Shown here: positions 1-10,855 of the stretch, piece by piece
Layout of the letters: every line of letters begins with the position of its first letter
Numbering within the stretch: position 1 is the first letter of the stretch
Origin: Mesotaenium endlicherianum
Lineage: Eukaryota
NCBI GenBank assembly: GCA_009602735.1
Contig: WELA01002202.1
Span: 124,001-166,795 of the forward strand
Direction of reading: 5' to 3'
Length of the DNA: 42,795 bases
Notes under the pieces: model-generated
What the model was told of the DNA's origin: nothing
The model's database searches: none
What the model saw: the letters and a program-made list of their open reading frames with translations, nothing else
Made by a program: the position numbers and the translations under genes

Positions 1-569
1 AAAGTACGTACAGAGTGGGTGACAACGTGTTACTATCATCCAAGAATATTTCCCTGAACAACAGGCCTGCCGGCAGCAAGTTCTCTCCCAAGTATGTGGG
101 ACCCTTCAAGATTATCCAGCAAGTCAACCCCGTTGCTTTCAAGCTAGAACTTCCCCAGACTATGCACATCGACCCCGTATTCCACGCTTCCCTCTTCAAG
201 CCATATGTGCAACCCGACAACAAGTTTCCAGGACGTGTGACAATCCCACCAGCCCCAACAATAGTGGATGATCATTTGGAGTACGAAGTGGAAGACATAG
301 TGGCTATGAGAAATTTCAGGAGACAGCAGCAATACTTGATCAAGTGGAAAGGATATCCAGATTCGGAGAATAGTTGGGTGGCGGCGCACTACCTTGACAA
401 AGTTCAGAGAAAGTTGAAGCGCTTCCATACCGCCAACCCCCAACTTGGACCAGCCCCAAGTCTCTCTACTAGAAGCCCGAAAACTTCAGGGAGGCAGCCT
501 GCCACCATCAAGAAGCAGCAGAAGACCCCTTGGAGGCAGCCTGCAAGAACAAGAAAGTGGAAAAATTGA
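1..569 (+). mobile_element. Ty3/Gypsy chromovirus pol 3' end: integrase C-terminal GPY/F region plus chromodomain (5'-truncated by the window edge)
   Basis: Frame is open from the window start to TGA at 567-569. It encodes KFSPKYVGPFKIIQQVNPVAFKLELP..IDPVFHASLFKPY (GPY/F motif) then EYEVEDIVAMRNFRRQQQYLIKWKGYPDSENSW (chromodomain). Confidence 0.93.
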
Positions 570-1202
570 CATTAGACACTCTTCTCTTCTCGCAGTTTCN
601 GTCTCTTCTCGCAGTTTCTAGACAGAAAACTAAAATTGCTACTGGTAATAAGTCTCTGCATAATAAATTTTGGAAATTTATCTCGCTGTAGTCCATGAGT
701 AGCCGGTCATTTAGAGTCCAAGTTTGCTCAATTTGGAGCACTGGTGAGAGAGATATGATGCTCTAAGTAGCAGGAGGTCAGGCTGCAGGTATTATTAGGG
801 CAGAATATGCCTTCTGACATTGTGCCCTCCCCTGAACTTGGAATGCTTTGAAACTCAGGACTCTGGTAGAACATCTTACAACGCCCATTTTGAGACTTAT
901 TTTGCAGAAGTGTAGAAGGACTTATGATTTTCAGAAGGTTCTGCACAGACTTGGAGGAGTGCCTACTCTCTCAGCTCTCAACGACACTCCAGAAATTAGA
1001 ATGCTCTCAAATTTGGTGACCCGGTAGAGTTCTCCGACGCAATCCGTCTGGCACTAAAATTTTAGATTTGGAGCATTTTTGTGGCCGCTATGAGATTTTA
1101 AATTCGTGGCAGATTTTGGGCCAACTTGTACAATTTTCTTCATCATCAAGGAGTAGGCTAGCCAATAAGGTCACACCACCTACGACCTTGCCTAACCTAC
1201 CT

Positions 1203-1310
1203 TACATGTGTAGCACCTGACTTGGCGCCTTTGACTATTTCTCTTCACATGTGTGGCATTTGACTTGAAACTGTTGACTAGTCTGCTCCACATGTGTAAG
1301 ACCTGACTTG
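1203..1310 (+). repeat. Three degenerate ~43-bp tandem repeats in the retroelement 3' UTR
   Basis: Core ACATGTGT..CA..TGACTTG recurs near 1204, 1247 and 1290. Confidence 0.6.
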
Positions 1311-1337
1311 ACGCGCCGAGACGTCGCTTTTTTCATC

Positions 1338-1347
1338 GGGGGGGTGA
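1338..1347 (+). other. Polypurine tract of the LTR retrotransposon
   Basis: GGGGGGGTGA directly followed by TGT, a typical Gypsy PPT-LTR junction, downstream of pol. Confidence 0.75.
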
Positions 1348-2458
1348 TGTAGTGATTTGAGTTATAATATATTAGTTTGCATGTATTTTAATGCTTTTGA
1401 ATATATTGGAGTAGTATTGTGTGGAGTCAAGTGTGAATAGGTACTCTAGTAACTTGGTTCATGTCCTTTGAACCTTCTAAGGCATTTTCGAAGTTTGAGG
1501 AAGGACCTAGAAGAACTCCATGTGGCAAAAGTCAAATGTGCCAATGTTAGGTCAAAAGGACATGTGTACATTATTCTAGAAAGAGGTGGCAAGTTTTGGG
1601 ATGTGTTAAGTGCCAACACATCAACATACACCTTCCTAGAAATTACTTATGTAGCAAGTATATAAAGAAGAGCTAGAACATAGAAAGAATCACTCTTGTA
1701 CTTGCCAAATTCCAGAAATATATTAACTATCAAGAAGCCATCTCTCTTTCAAGAAGTTACCACTTGTGTTCAAAGATCCTTGTCTTGAATAAATCAAGTG
1801 TTCTATTTTACTAAGTACTTTATCTATCTGTCTCACTACTGGTGGGTCCACATGCATACCGATGTCACGCGCTGGGTCAGCTAGTGTGCTACCTTCGATC
1901 GCTTCCGCGCAAGTTTTACAGCGTGAGAGGTACACCTTAACCCGCTTCCCATTCAAGGCCTCTTCTACCGCTCGCCCTCAAACCTAGCAGGCGAACTGCC
2001 CCTCTCAGGGCGTTGCCAGCTCTACGTGCTTGTTATGATAGAAGGTAGGGGCACCAGCTCGACCCATGTAGAAAAATGCTCTAAGTCTAGCTCCCTCATC
2101 GCGTCCATTTTCTTAGACCATGTTCTTGTACGCTTTGGCGCCTGTGCGGAGGTCCTCACCGTTCAAGGCACTGAGTTTTAGGGTGCCTTTCAGGCCCTTT
2201 TAGTCCGCTCCTGCGTCAATCACCGCCTCCCCTTTCGCGATCACCCTCAAGCTGACGGCTTGGCGGAACGCATGGTCCAGACCGTTTAGCGGGGACTGCG
2301 CAAACACAGCCTTACGCATACCGTCTCAGACTAGGACCTTGCTCTGCCTTGGCTGTAGATAGCAAAGACTTCACACCCTCTTTCATTCGTGTCAAGCCTT
2401 ACTTACACGAGTTTACCGACAGGACCTAGCCATAAGGATAGGCTGTGTCATTGCTACA
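1348..2458 (+). mobile_element. Probable 3' LTR (right boundary uncertain: 2458, or about 1835)
   Basis: Starts TGTAGTGAT after the PPT, is AT-rich, and has TATATAAAG at about 1659. Candidate end ATTGCTACA at 2450-2458 gives TGTAG..CTACA terminal inverted repeats. Confidence 0.55.
1834..2358 (+). pseudogene. Degenerate Gypsy-type integrase fragment (end of Zn finger plus rve core)
   Basis: One frame with about 6 stops: HYWWVHMHTDVTRWVS*CATFDRFRASF..LNPLPIQGLFYR..NLAGELP..YVLVMIE..FLDHVLVRFGACAEVLTVQGTEF*GAF..DHPQADGLAERMVQTV*RGLRK..*DLALPWL. The two catalytic Asp positions appear mutated (N, V); the Glu is retained. Confidence 0.85.
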
Positions 2459-3819
2459 TATCCTGAGGCGTTCGATACGAAAAAGTGGTATTTTTGTCCA
2501 AATTGGCAGAATCTGTACATCTCTGTTCAGTTTGCACAAAACGATGGTTAATTTGGTATAGCTCCGCAAATCGATGGTAAACACGTATTTACCCTGAATT
2601 ATCCGTTTGTTGAAACAAGAAGTTGCGGCTTATTGGCGCCCGTGTATGCGGCGCTGCGTGTGGCGCTTGCAAGGCAGTTGCAAAGCATTCTAGAATGGTA
2701 ATAACACGTGGTTTCGAATGGACGCGTTTACACATGAAACTCCTAATATTCAAAAAGAAGCAATGTCGGAGTTCGCATGCAGCCACGCTCCACCACTGAT
2801 TGTGTTTGGGACCAATACCTACTACCATGGGGTACAACCAACATATGTACCTTTTATTCCTGATTTCCAATTGATTCAAGGACGGTCATACGTGGAAGAC
2901 GCATCCAAAGCTTTCGATGGTGAATCGTTGCTGGTCATGCAGCATTTGGAAAGCGCTAGAGTATATGAATATACAAAAAGGGCGGCAGGTATGATGTTTC
3001 TCGTGTCGGTGGTGGGCTATAGTTAGAATGAATCATTTGAGTCGGATTTGAGTGTACCGATATATGCCACGAACCGTCCCGCTTTCGTTGTTGTTTACGT
3101 AAACTTTATGTGGTACGGTGCCCAGACGAGGTCAAAATAACTGGAAACATATGAGTGGCTGACAGCTGATGCGAGTCGGATACGGGAGCATTCGGGAGTC
3201 GGAAATCGGGACTTCTAGAGACGCGAAGGAATGTGGAGCAGCCAATCCCCGGCTTCATTTCTGACATATCGAGCGTTTTTTAGCTGTTCTCGAGCCGTCA
3301 CTGCTGGCTCGACGAGGCTCGACTGGGCTCGACTCTCGAGAGTCGAGCCTCGAGAGTCGAGTCTGCTTGAGACCACCGACTTGTTTCCAATATGGCTGGC
3401 ACGAAGGCCTTACCCGGATGTACCAGGACCTCCGGGCTCCGGGTTGCTCCGCGCAGTCAAAGACGGTCTTGCAGCAACTCACAGTTATACTCAGTTACAC
3501 TTGATCTTTTCGTTTGACGTGGTTCAATGTCGTCAGAGCACGCCGAAGTGCAATCATTTGCAGGCCTGAAAATTTGCCTAATCCTCCCCCGGTATATTCC
3601 TACTGTATTACTGTTCCAGCAAGTACCAACCAGCAATTGCGGCAAGACTCACATGAGTTCGCGTAGCGAGTGTGCGCAAATGACCGCGGGAAAGCGGATT
3701 TCTGTACCGTTTTGAACGCTCTTGTCTTATTTCCGTTGTCGACGTGCTTATGATGGCGGCATGTCCATGTTGATTTCGTGGTAGACTCTTCAGGAGCTTC
3801 AGGATAGACTAGGACCCGA

Positions 3820-3830
3820 CTATATATTTG
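3820..3830 (+). promoter_or_regulatory. Candidate TATA box of the kinase gene
   Basis: CTATATATTTG about 155 bp upstream of ATG 3977. Confidence 0.35.
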
Positions 3831-3976
3831 TGACTTTTGTCCGCAACGAAAGAGGTGACATTAGCACTTAGCGTCAAGGAAGGAATACCAGGCAATTATA
3901 AGGAGTCTGGGTCTCTATCTCAAGCCTCAAGGTTGCCTCACTAGGTATTGACCCGGAGCCGAACCTCTCAGCTAGA

Positions 3977-6074
3977 ATGGGTATCTTTGGTGGCCAGACT
4001 CCTCTCAAGGTGGACCATAAGAAAGACACCCAGACCTTAAAGGTTTCCGACGTCGCAGGAACTCCCTCCCTTCAGGGCACAAGCGAAGGCCCACGAAACG
4101 GCCCAAAAAGCAACCTGCAAAGGACATGGTCTGGCAGTGAGTGCAGTTTTACCGCAAATATTTTTGAGAGGCCATATGCCAACATCAAAGATCTGTACGA
4201 AGTTGGACCCGTGTTGGGATCAGGTCAGTTTGGCTGTGTAAGGTCCTGCACCCATAGGACGACGGGAGAGAAGTTTGCTGTCAAAGTCATCAGCAAGAGC
4301 TCCCTGAAGTCACATATGGCAGTGGAGGTCGTGCGGGAGGAAGTTACTATTATGCAGACCGTTGGCGATCACCCCTCAGTTGTTGCTCTTCGCGACATAA
4401 TTGAGGATTCAAAGGTCAGTTCTGCACCTTCGCATTCACACCTGGCCACCATCAAGGATGACATGTTTGCCGAGTGGTCCCCGAGCTAGCGGCTCACGAT
4501 TGCGATGTCTGTGACATCAAAACATTGCTAAGTGATCAGTGTCTGCATCTTAAGTCCCTGCCAGATGCAATCTCCACGGTCTACCCCTGTGAGGAATAGT
4601 GCAGCCGGTTCCTAATGATGCTGCGTCTGGTTGGCATCATCGTGGTGCAGTATGTCTGCCTTGTATTGGAGCTTTGCCGCGGAGGGGACCTATTTGATCG
4701 CATTACGGAGCGAAAGCACTATCCCGAGAATGAGGCGGCCGAAGTGGTTGCATCCATCGCGGAGGTGCTGAGGCACTGCAGAAGCCGGGGCGTCCTGCAC
4801 CGCGACCTGAAGCCCGAGAACATCCTGCTGTGCAACAAGAGCTCCCACACCAAGATCCGCGTTGCAGATTTCGGCTCTGCCACATTCGTAAAGCCAGGTG
4901 TGTTGCATTGCCCATAAAATGGCCTATTGTGAAGTAATTGCGGTGGTCAACGTGCCCTTCTTGCACGTGAATCTTCTCATGAGTCAATTCAGCTCCTGCT
5001 CCCCGGTGGCTTTCTGCTGTGCTCACCATCTCGTGCTTGCATGACTCCCCCAATGTGCAGGCCAGAAGCACTCCATGCTCGCAGGCAGCACATTCTACGT
5101 GGTGCCAGAGGTCATCAACGGCAGGTACAGCTTGGAGGCGGACGTGTGGAGTGTGGGAGTCATCCTCTACGTCCTCCTCTGCGGCAGCCCCCCGTTCTGG
5201 GGAAAAGACGAGCCTGCTATTCTGGAGGCCATCAAGGCTGGCAAGGTTGACATGAGCTGGGGCCCATGGCGTCAGATCTCGCAGGAGGCCAAGGACCTGG
5301 TGCAGAGAATGCTCACTGTCGACCCCACCCAGCGCATTACGGCCGAGGAGATTCTTGGTAAGCACTTCTCCACGCCACTGCATGCATCCGCCGTCGTGTG
5401 GCGCTTTGTGGGCGACTGCCTTACTAGCAGCCTGCTTTGGTAAGCACTTCTCCACGCCACTGCATGCATCCGCCGTCGTGTGGCGCTTTGTGGGCGACTG
5501 CCTTACTAGCAGCCTGCTTTGGTAAGCACTTCTCCACGCCACTGCATGCATCCGCCGTCGTGTGGCGCTTTGTGGGCGACTGCCTTACTAGCAGCCTGCT
5601 TTGGTAAGCACTTCTCCACGCCACTGCATGCATCCGCCGTCGTGTGGCGCTTTGTGGGCGACTGCCTTACTAGCAGCCTGCTGGCTTTTGATGTACTGAG
5701 ATTCCTTGCTGGCGTGCATGAACGACTCAGCTTGCTCGGGAGTGCCGACTTTTGACCCAATCCGTGCCTCTTGTCGTTGTGCAGACCACAGCTGGATCAA
5801 CAAGTACGTCATGCCGGTGCTGCGTCCCCTGCTAACAACCCGGAGGAGTCCCTCTGCCCTCCACGCCTCCCTGCCTTCCAGCCCTCTGCCCCGCTCCCCA
5901 AGGGCTCCCCTGGCTAACTGCCCCAGGAGCCCCAGGAGTCCCAGGACGCCCAACCTGTCCCCCAACTGCCCCAGGAGTCCCAGGAGTGCCAGACATCCTG
6001 GCACCGTGCTCGACATGTGCATCTCTTCATACCTCGCGAGTAAGGCCAAGTCTTTGAGGCCCTCTGCGCAGTGA
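3977..6074 (+). CDS. CDPK-superfamily Ser/Thr kinase lacking EF hands, PEPKR-like (PEP carboxylase kinase-related); exons 3977-4414, 4651-4897, 5061-5357, 5785-6074; 423 aa
   Basis: GT-AG joins keep frame. Motifs LGSGQFG, AVKVISK, LELCRGGDLFDRI, HRDLKPEN, ADFG, GSTFYVVPE, DVWSVGV, GSPPFWGK, AKDLVQRMLTVDP, DHSWI. The PPFWGK and ATFVKPG segments resemble plant PEPKR1. The tail is Ser/Pro/Arg-rich rather than calmodulin-like. Confidence 0.9.
5358..5682 (+). repeat. 82-bp perfect tandem repeat, about 4 units, at the start of kinase intron 3
   Basis: Units begin GTAAGCACTTCTCCACGCC at 5358, 5440, 5522 and 5604; no spacers. Confidence 0.97.
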
Positions 6075-8660
6075 GGGCTCCTTACGGCTCAGCCATGCTG
6101 CTCTTCTGGCGGCGCGTGTGATGCTACAAGCATCAGCCGGTGGCGGCGTTGGCACACTTACTTTTCTGGAGCCATGGAGTTTGGCGTGTACGCTCTTTTT
6201 TTCCTTCATGTAAGGTTTATTTTCCCACCTACCGGTGGCAGACCCTGCAGAGGCCAGGATATGCTTTTTCCTCCCTACAAACGGAGGCTTTCACTATAGC
6301 TGGGGCACATTCCTCCTGGGCATTTTCCCTGTGTGAACCGTCCTTTTAGGACCCTATTATTATACATCCTCCTGTGGTCTACCCGCTCCCATCGGGTTTT
6401 TTAGTGCTACCCTTGTTGCAGATAAGGGTCCTAGAAGAAACCCTGCTGCAAGATAGACATGAGATTTGGCCAGACTCACTGGCATGATTTAGGGATGAAT
6501 GTAGCATGACTGGCTATTATGTGTAAATAGGGTGTGCCACTTATGACGTCTGCTGCGGGAGCCAACCTTAGCAGCCAGAATCTTCTTTTTTTAGTGCTTT
6601 AGTAGAGCTCTAGTGGCTATTCCACGGCTTCGGCTGTTTTTTTTTGGCCATCAGACTCTCATGTAAGCTTCTGGTAGGTTTGCATATTATGTTTATACTA
6701 TCATACAACTATTATACAACTTATGGACAAGAGTACATAGTTTGCTCTTTATAGGCCACTGGCATCGCATACTGATTACTTACTAATATACATTATCCAT
6801 CTAGACTCCACAAATCTTTTAGAGGGGAACGATTGAGTCATATTTCTATTGAGACCGTTGCATATTGCTTGCCCACGATGATAGATCCTTCCATCTTCCA
6901 CACGATCCAACCTGTACGCTTGTTGAGCATTTGTCTGGAATATACATTTTGAAAAAATCTCTGTTCATCACTCCAGTTTCATGCTAGGTCTGGTGAGTCT
7001 GAGAGTCACCGAAAGCAACCACCCGACTGAATTACCAATATGAAGTACACAAGGTACCACCAGCCTGTGGGGCTCCAAGCACTGCTTGCCAGAAGTCTCC
7101 TTGTTGTTTTTGAACCGGTAACTTTTAACTGTACATGTGGAACCCTTCTCATGGAGGCCCGCCTTTTGTGGCTGAAGGAATGTCCAGTAACTCAACCCAA
7201 CTGAAAATGAGCAGTATGCGTCATAAGCCTTGAGAAAGGTCTCCTGCTGCTTGCAGTCACAGACCTACAGGCTTAAAACAGACTCTGTTCGTATAACGAG
7301 GGAGCTTCTCAGATGGAAGCATCTAATAGCAACTGTATTGGGAGTGCTTGTTGTGGATCTGGCCATAAACCACTTCTATGCACGCATTTATGTTTTCTGG
7401 TGTCCTCATGTCATGGAAAGGTAGACAGGCATGACAATGTGAGATTAAACAGCCTCAAACACCAGGGGTGCCGAAGTGACTGTTTTACCATCTTCGTCTC
7501 ACGTACTGCTTACATTGGTTCACCAAATAGTCCAGCAACTGACGAGCAAGTGGTGAGGAAAGACGTCATGGACAAATCATAACCTTATTACTGACGTCAG
7601 AGAGAGGCACTTCAATTTAGGCACCACCTTCAGCTTCTTCACTTCCAAATACCAGACTGGATGCTCAGGTGTTTGTACGTACGTCAACTGACTTGTATAA
7701 GAGTGACCAGCACAGGCGATGGCCTGTACAAACATTGATCAGTTGCACATGCAGTCCTCTCTTTCAGCTAAGAGCTGCACTTCATGCTCCAATCACATAT
7801 GCATGCATTACATATACGGCAAACATGGGCCTGACGTGAGCAACACATCAAGTGGCTAAAAAGTGTACTGTACACATTATCCAGGAAGTGTGCACCTCCA
7901 CCTCGTTCCGTGACTAATCATTAAAACCTGACAGCATAACACACCTCGGATGTTGTTTGCCGGCACGGGGAGGTAGCAAATGCATCCCCTGGTCTACACC
8001 GCCTGACTGCCGGCATCTATGCAGCCAAATTATGCACAAAATAACCATTCAACAGAACAAATTCAGATCTCCAAGCTCCATTGGACCCCACGAGGGGCAA
8101 ATTTGTGGCCTAACAAAGGGCACACCTCCAGCTAAGCCTTTCTTTTGAGGCTCTTCTACCCCATAAACTTTTGCAGACTGTAACCGCAAGCACGGGCCGC
8201 CCCTACGATTCCCAATGCCTCTCGTGTATGGCCCATGTCGCTACTTGTCCCCCCCCCACCCCCTCCTGTTCCCTCCCCCCTCTCCGCCCCAAGCGCCACC
8301 TGGCCACGGTCTGCGTGTCATTCTTGCAGCGCCAGCTGCACATCTAGACCAACAGAGCTGCATTCACCAGCGTGACCTCCTGAAGGCAGGTGGTGAGCAA
8401 GTGGGCCTGCCCCCCGGGTGCTTGTCCACCCACTATCGTGACATCACATGCAGGTACAGACAGAGGAGTGCAGCATTCAAAGGCTGCATGCCTGCTAGCT
8501 AAAAAACGATACCTACACAAAGGGTCAAACTCCTGCCCTCTCACTTTGGTCCTCAGAGCAGCTCCAGTCTTCATCTTTGGAGAGAAAGTGGCTATCCTGA
8601 AAAGACCACTCATCGCAGCACACACAAGCCCCGTGCCTGCCTGCCAGCCAGCTACCCTGC

Positions 8661-9050
8661 CTACCGCGCGCCATCGGCAGCAGCAGCAGAAGCCGCCACC
8701 GCCGCTGCTGCCGCCGCAGCAGCAGCGGCGGAGGTGGCGGAGGAAGGCGGGGGCACGCGCGGCGGCGCGCGCGGCAGCGCGGTGGAGGTGTGCACCACCC
8801 AGCAGTTCTCGAGGCGCCAGCCCCAGTCGGCGCGGCGCCGCGAGGCCTCGAGCGCGGGCCACTGGTTGACGCGCACGTAGGTGCCGCGCACACCGCTCTT
8901 GGAGCGCGTGAAGCGCCACACCCACATCTGGCCGCCGAACTCGCCGTCCTGCTCCACGGCCATGACTGTGCCGTCGGGGTGAAAGCAGCGCTGCATGGGC
9001 GGCAGGCCGCGGAACGACGGGTCGAACGCCGCCCAGTACTCGCCCGCCGT
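8661..9050 (-). CDS. Last exon of the F-box gene (copy 1, probably the true genomic position)
   Basis: Acceptor TGCAG then TAGEYWAAFDPSFRGLPPMQRCFHPDG..YVRVNQWP..DWGWRLEN; identical to 16994-17383. Confidence 0.8.
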   Translation of the reverse strand, partial: TAGEYWAAFDPSFRGLPPMQRCFHPDGTVMAVEQDGEFGGQMWVWRFTRSKSGVRGTYVRVNQWPALEASRRRADWGWRLENCWVVHTSTALPRAPPRVPPPSSATSAAAAAAAAAAVAASAAAADGAR

Positions 9051-10330
9051 CTGCAGGCACTGCCCAGCGCCCGCACGGGTCAGCCCAGCAACTACGTGTA
9101 TGCGCACGTGAGCGAGCGAGTGAGTGTGTATGTATGTGTGTGAGCGCGTGCGTGCGCGCCTGCGCGGGTGGCGCGGCCATATGCATGCCTGCCGCGACGC
9201 CATGCTCTTGCTTGACCAGCGAGTACCAGCAGCAGGCACTTCCAGGCCTCATGACGTGCAGAACCGCCAGCCACCCCCCGCCCCCTTCAATAGTCCCCAC
9301 GTTATAAAATCAAATTGAACAAGAGGAGAATCTCTAGACTGACCGCACCACAGGCCAACTGCCGAGCATCCGTTGACGCAAGCTTGGACCGCCTCTGGCC
9401 CCAAAGGATACTAGGGAGCTATACCCACACTTGAGGGCTATCACCAATTCAGTTGCGTAATGTTCACACAACAACGTCTCAGGCTGTCTGCCCCGCCTCA
9501 GCACTATGCCCCAACCTTCCCTGCAGGAAGGCAGAAGCCTATACGAGGAAGGAAGACATAGGTGCATGCTAGTTTGGGACCACAACTGGGCCAGCTGGCG
9601 ACACAGCACACCACAAAGCCTGCACCTTGAGCTTGGAGATGAGACGAGAGGCGGGCCCACCCCCACCCCACAAAGGCGAGGGCTGCACTTGATCGCCCCA
9701 AACGTGAGGCCCCAAGGAGAATGCACGTGACACGCAGTGAGGGGGGGTGCCTGACAGCACGTCTGCGGCAACCTAAATGCTGCACGTGCATATCGCGCGT
9801 GAGTTGCAAGCCATAGAGAGCACTTCCGCCATCCGCTCGCTCGCGACGCAGCAATGGCAAGCCGTCTACACCTCAGGCAGCTGCCAGGGAAGACGAGAAG
9901 CACGAGCTGCGAAGGTAGGTAGATAGGTAGGTAGGTAGGGACAGAGGGAGGAGGGAGGGAGGGAGGGGGGGAGGNAAGGCATTTTCGAAGTTTGAGGAAG
10001 GACCTAGAAGAACTCCATGTGGCAAAAGTCAAATGTGCCAATGTTAGGTCAAAAGGACATGTGTACATTATTCTAGAAAGAGGTGGCAAGTTTTGGGATG
10101 TGTTAAGTGCCAACACATCAACATACACCTTCCTAGAAATTACTTATGTAGCAAGTATATAAAGAAGAGCTAGAACATAGAAAGAATCACTCTTGTACTT
10201 GCCAAATTCCAGAAATATATTAACTATCAAGAAGCCATCTCTCTTTCAAGAAGTTACCACTTGTGTTCAAAGATCCTTGTCTTGAAGAAATCAAGTGTTC
10301 TATTTTACTAAGTACTTTATCTATCTGTCT

Positions 10331-10855
10331 CACTACTGGTGGGTCCACATGCATACCGATGTCACGCGCTGGGTCAGCTAGTGTGCTACCTTCGATCGCT
10401 TCCGCGCAAGTTTTACAGCGTGAGAGGTACACCTTAACCCGCTTCCCATTCAAGGCCTCTTCTACCGCTCGCCCTCAAACCTAGCAGGCGAACTGCCCCT
10501 CTCAGGGCGTTGCCAGCTCTACGTGCTTGTTATGATAGAAGGTAGGGGCACCAGCTCGACCCATGTAGAAAAATGCTCTAAGTCTAGCTCCCTCATCGCG
10601 TCCATTTTCTTAGACCATGTTCTTGTACGCTTTGGCGCCTGTGCGGAGGTCCTCACCGTTCAAGGCACTGAGTTTTAGGGTGCCTTTCAGGCCCTTTTAG
10701 TCCGCTCCTGCGTCAATCACCGCCTCCCCTTTCGCGATCACCCTCAAGCTGACGGCTTGGCGGAACGCATGGTCCAGACCGTTTAGCGGGGACTGCGCAA
10801 ACACAGCCTTACGCATACCGTCTCAGACTAGGACCTTGCTCTGCCTTGGCTGTAG
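10331..10855 (+). pseudogene. Second copy of the degenerate integrase fragment, inside a 5'-truncated LTR copy (9976-10955)
   Basis: Same sequence as 1834-2358. Confidence 0.8.

Noticed and set aside
583..618. 17-bp direct repeat TCTCTTCTCGCAGTTTC as a target-site duplication
   Set aside because: It straddles the N at 600, typical of an unmerged contig overlap.
2718..3026. 102-aa ORF upstream of the kinase
   Set aside because: No recognisable motif or splice support; cannot be called a gene from sequence alone.
5358..5682. 82-bp repeats as a CRISPR-like array
   Set aside because: Units are contiguous with no unique spacers, lie in a spliceosomal intron, and no cas genes are present.
4703..6049. 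Antisense ORFs of 282 and 153 aa over the kinase (and their duplicates)
   Set aside because: Shadow frames of GC-rich coding sequence and tandem repeats; no recognisable domain.
8344..9300. Overlapping 318, 183 and 159 aa Arg/Ala-rich ORFs
   Set aside because: Alternative frames of the very GC-rich F-box last exon and CAG/CGG repeats.
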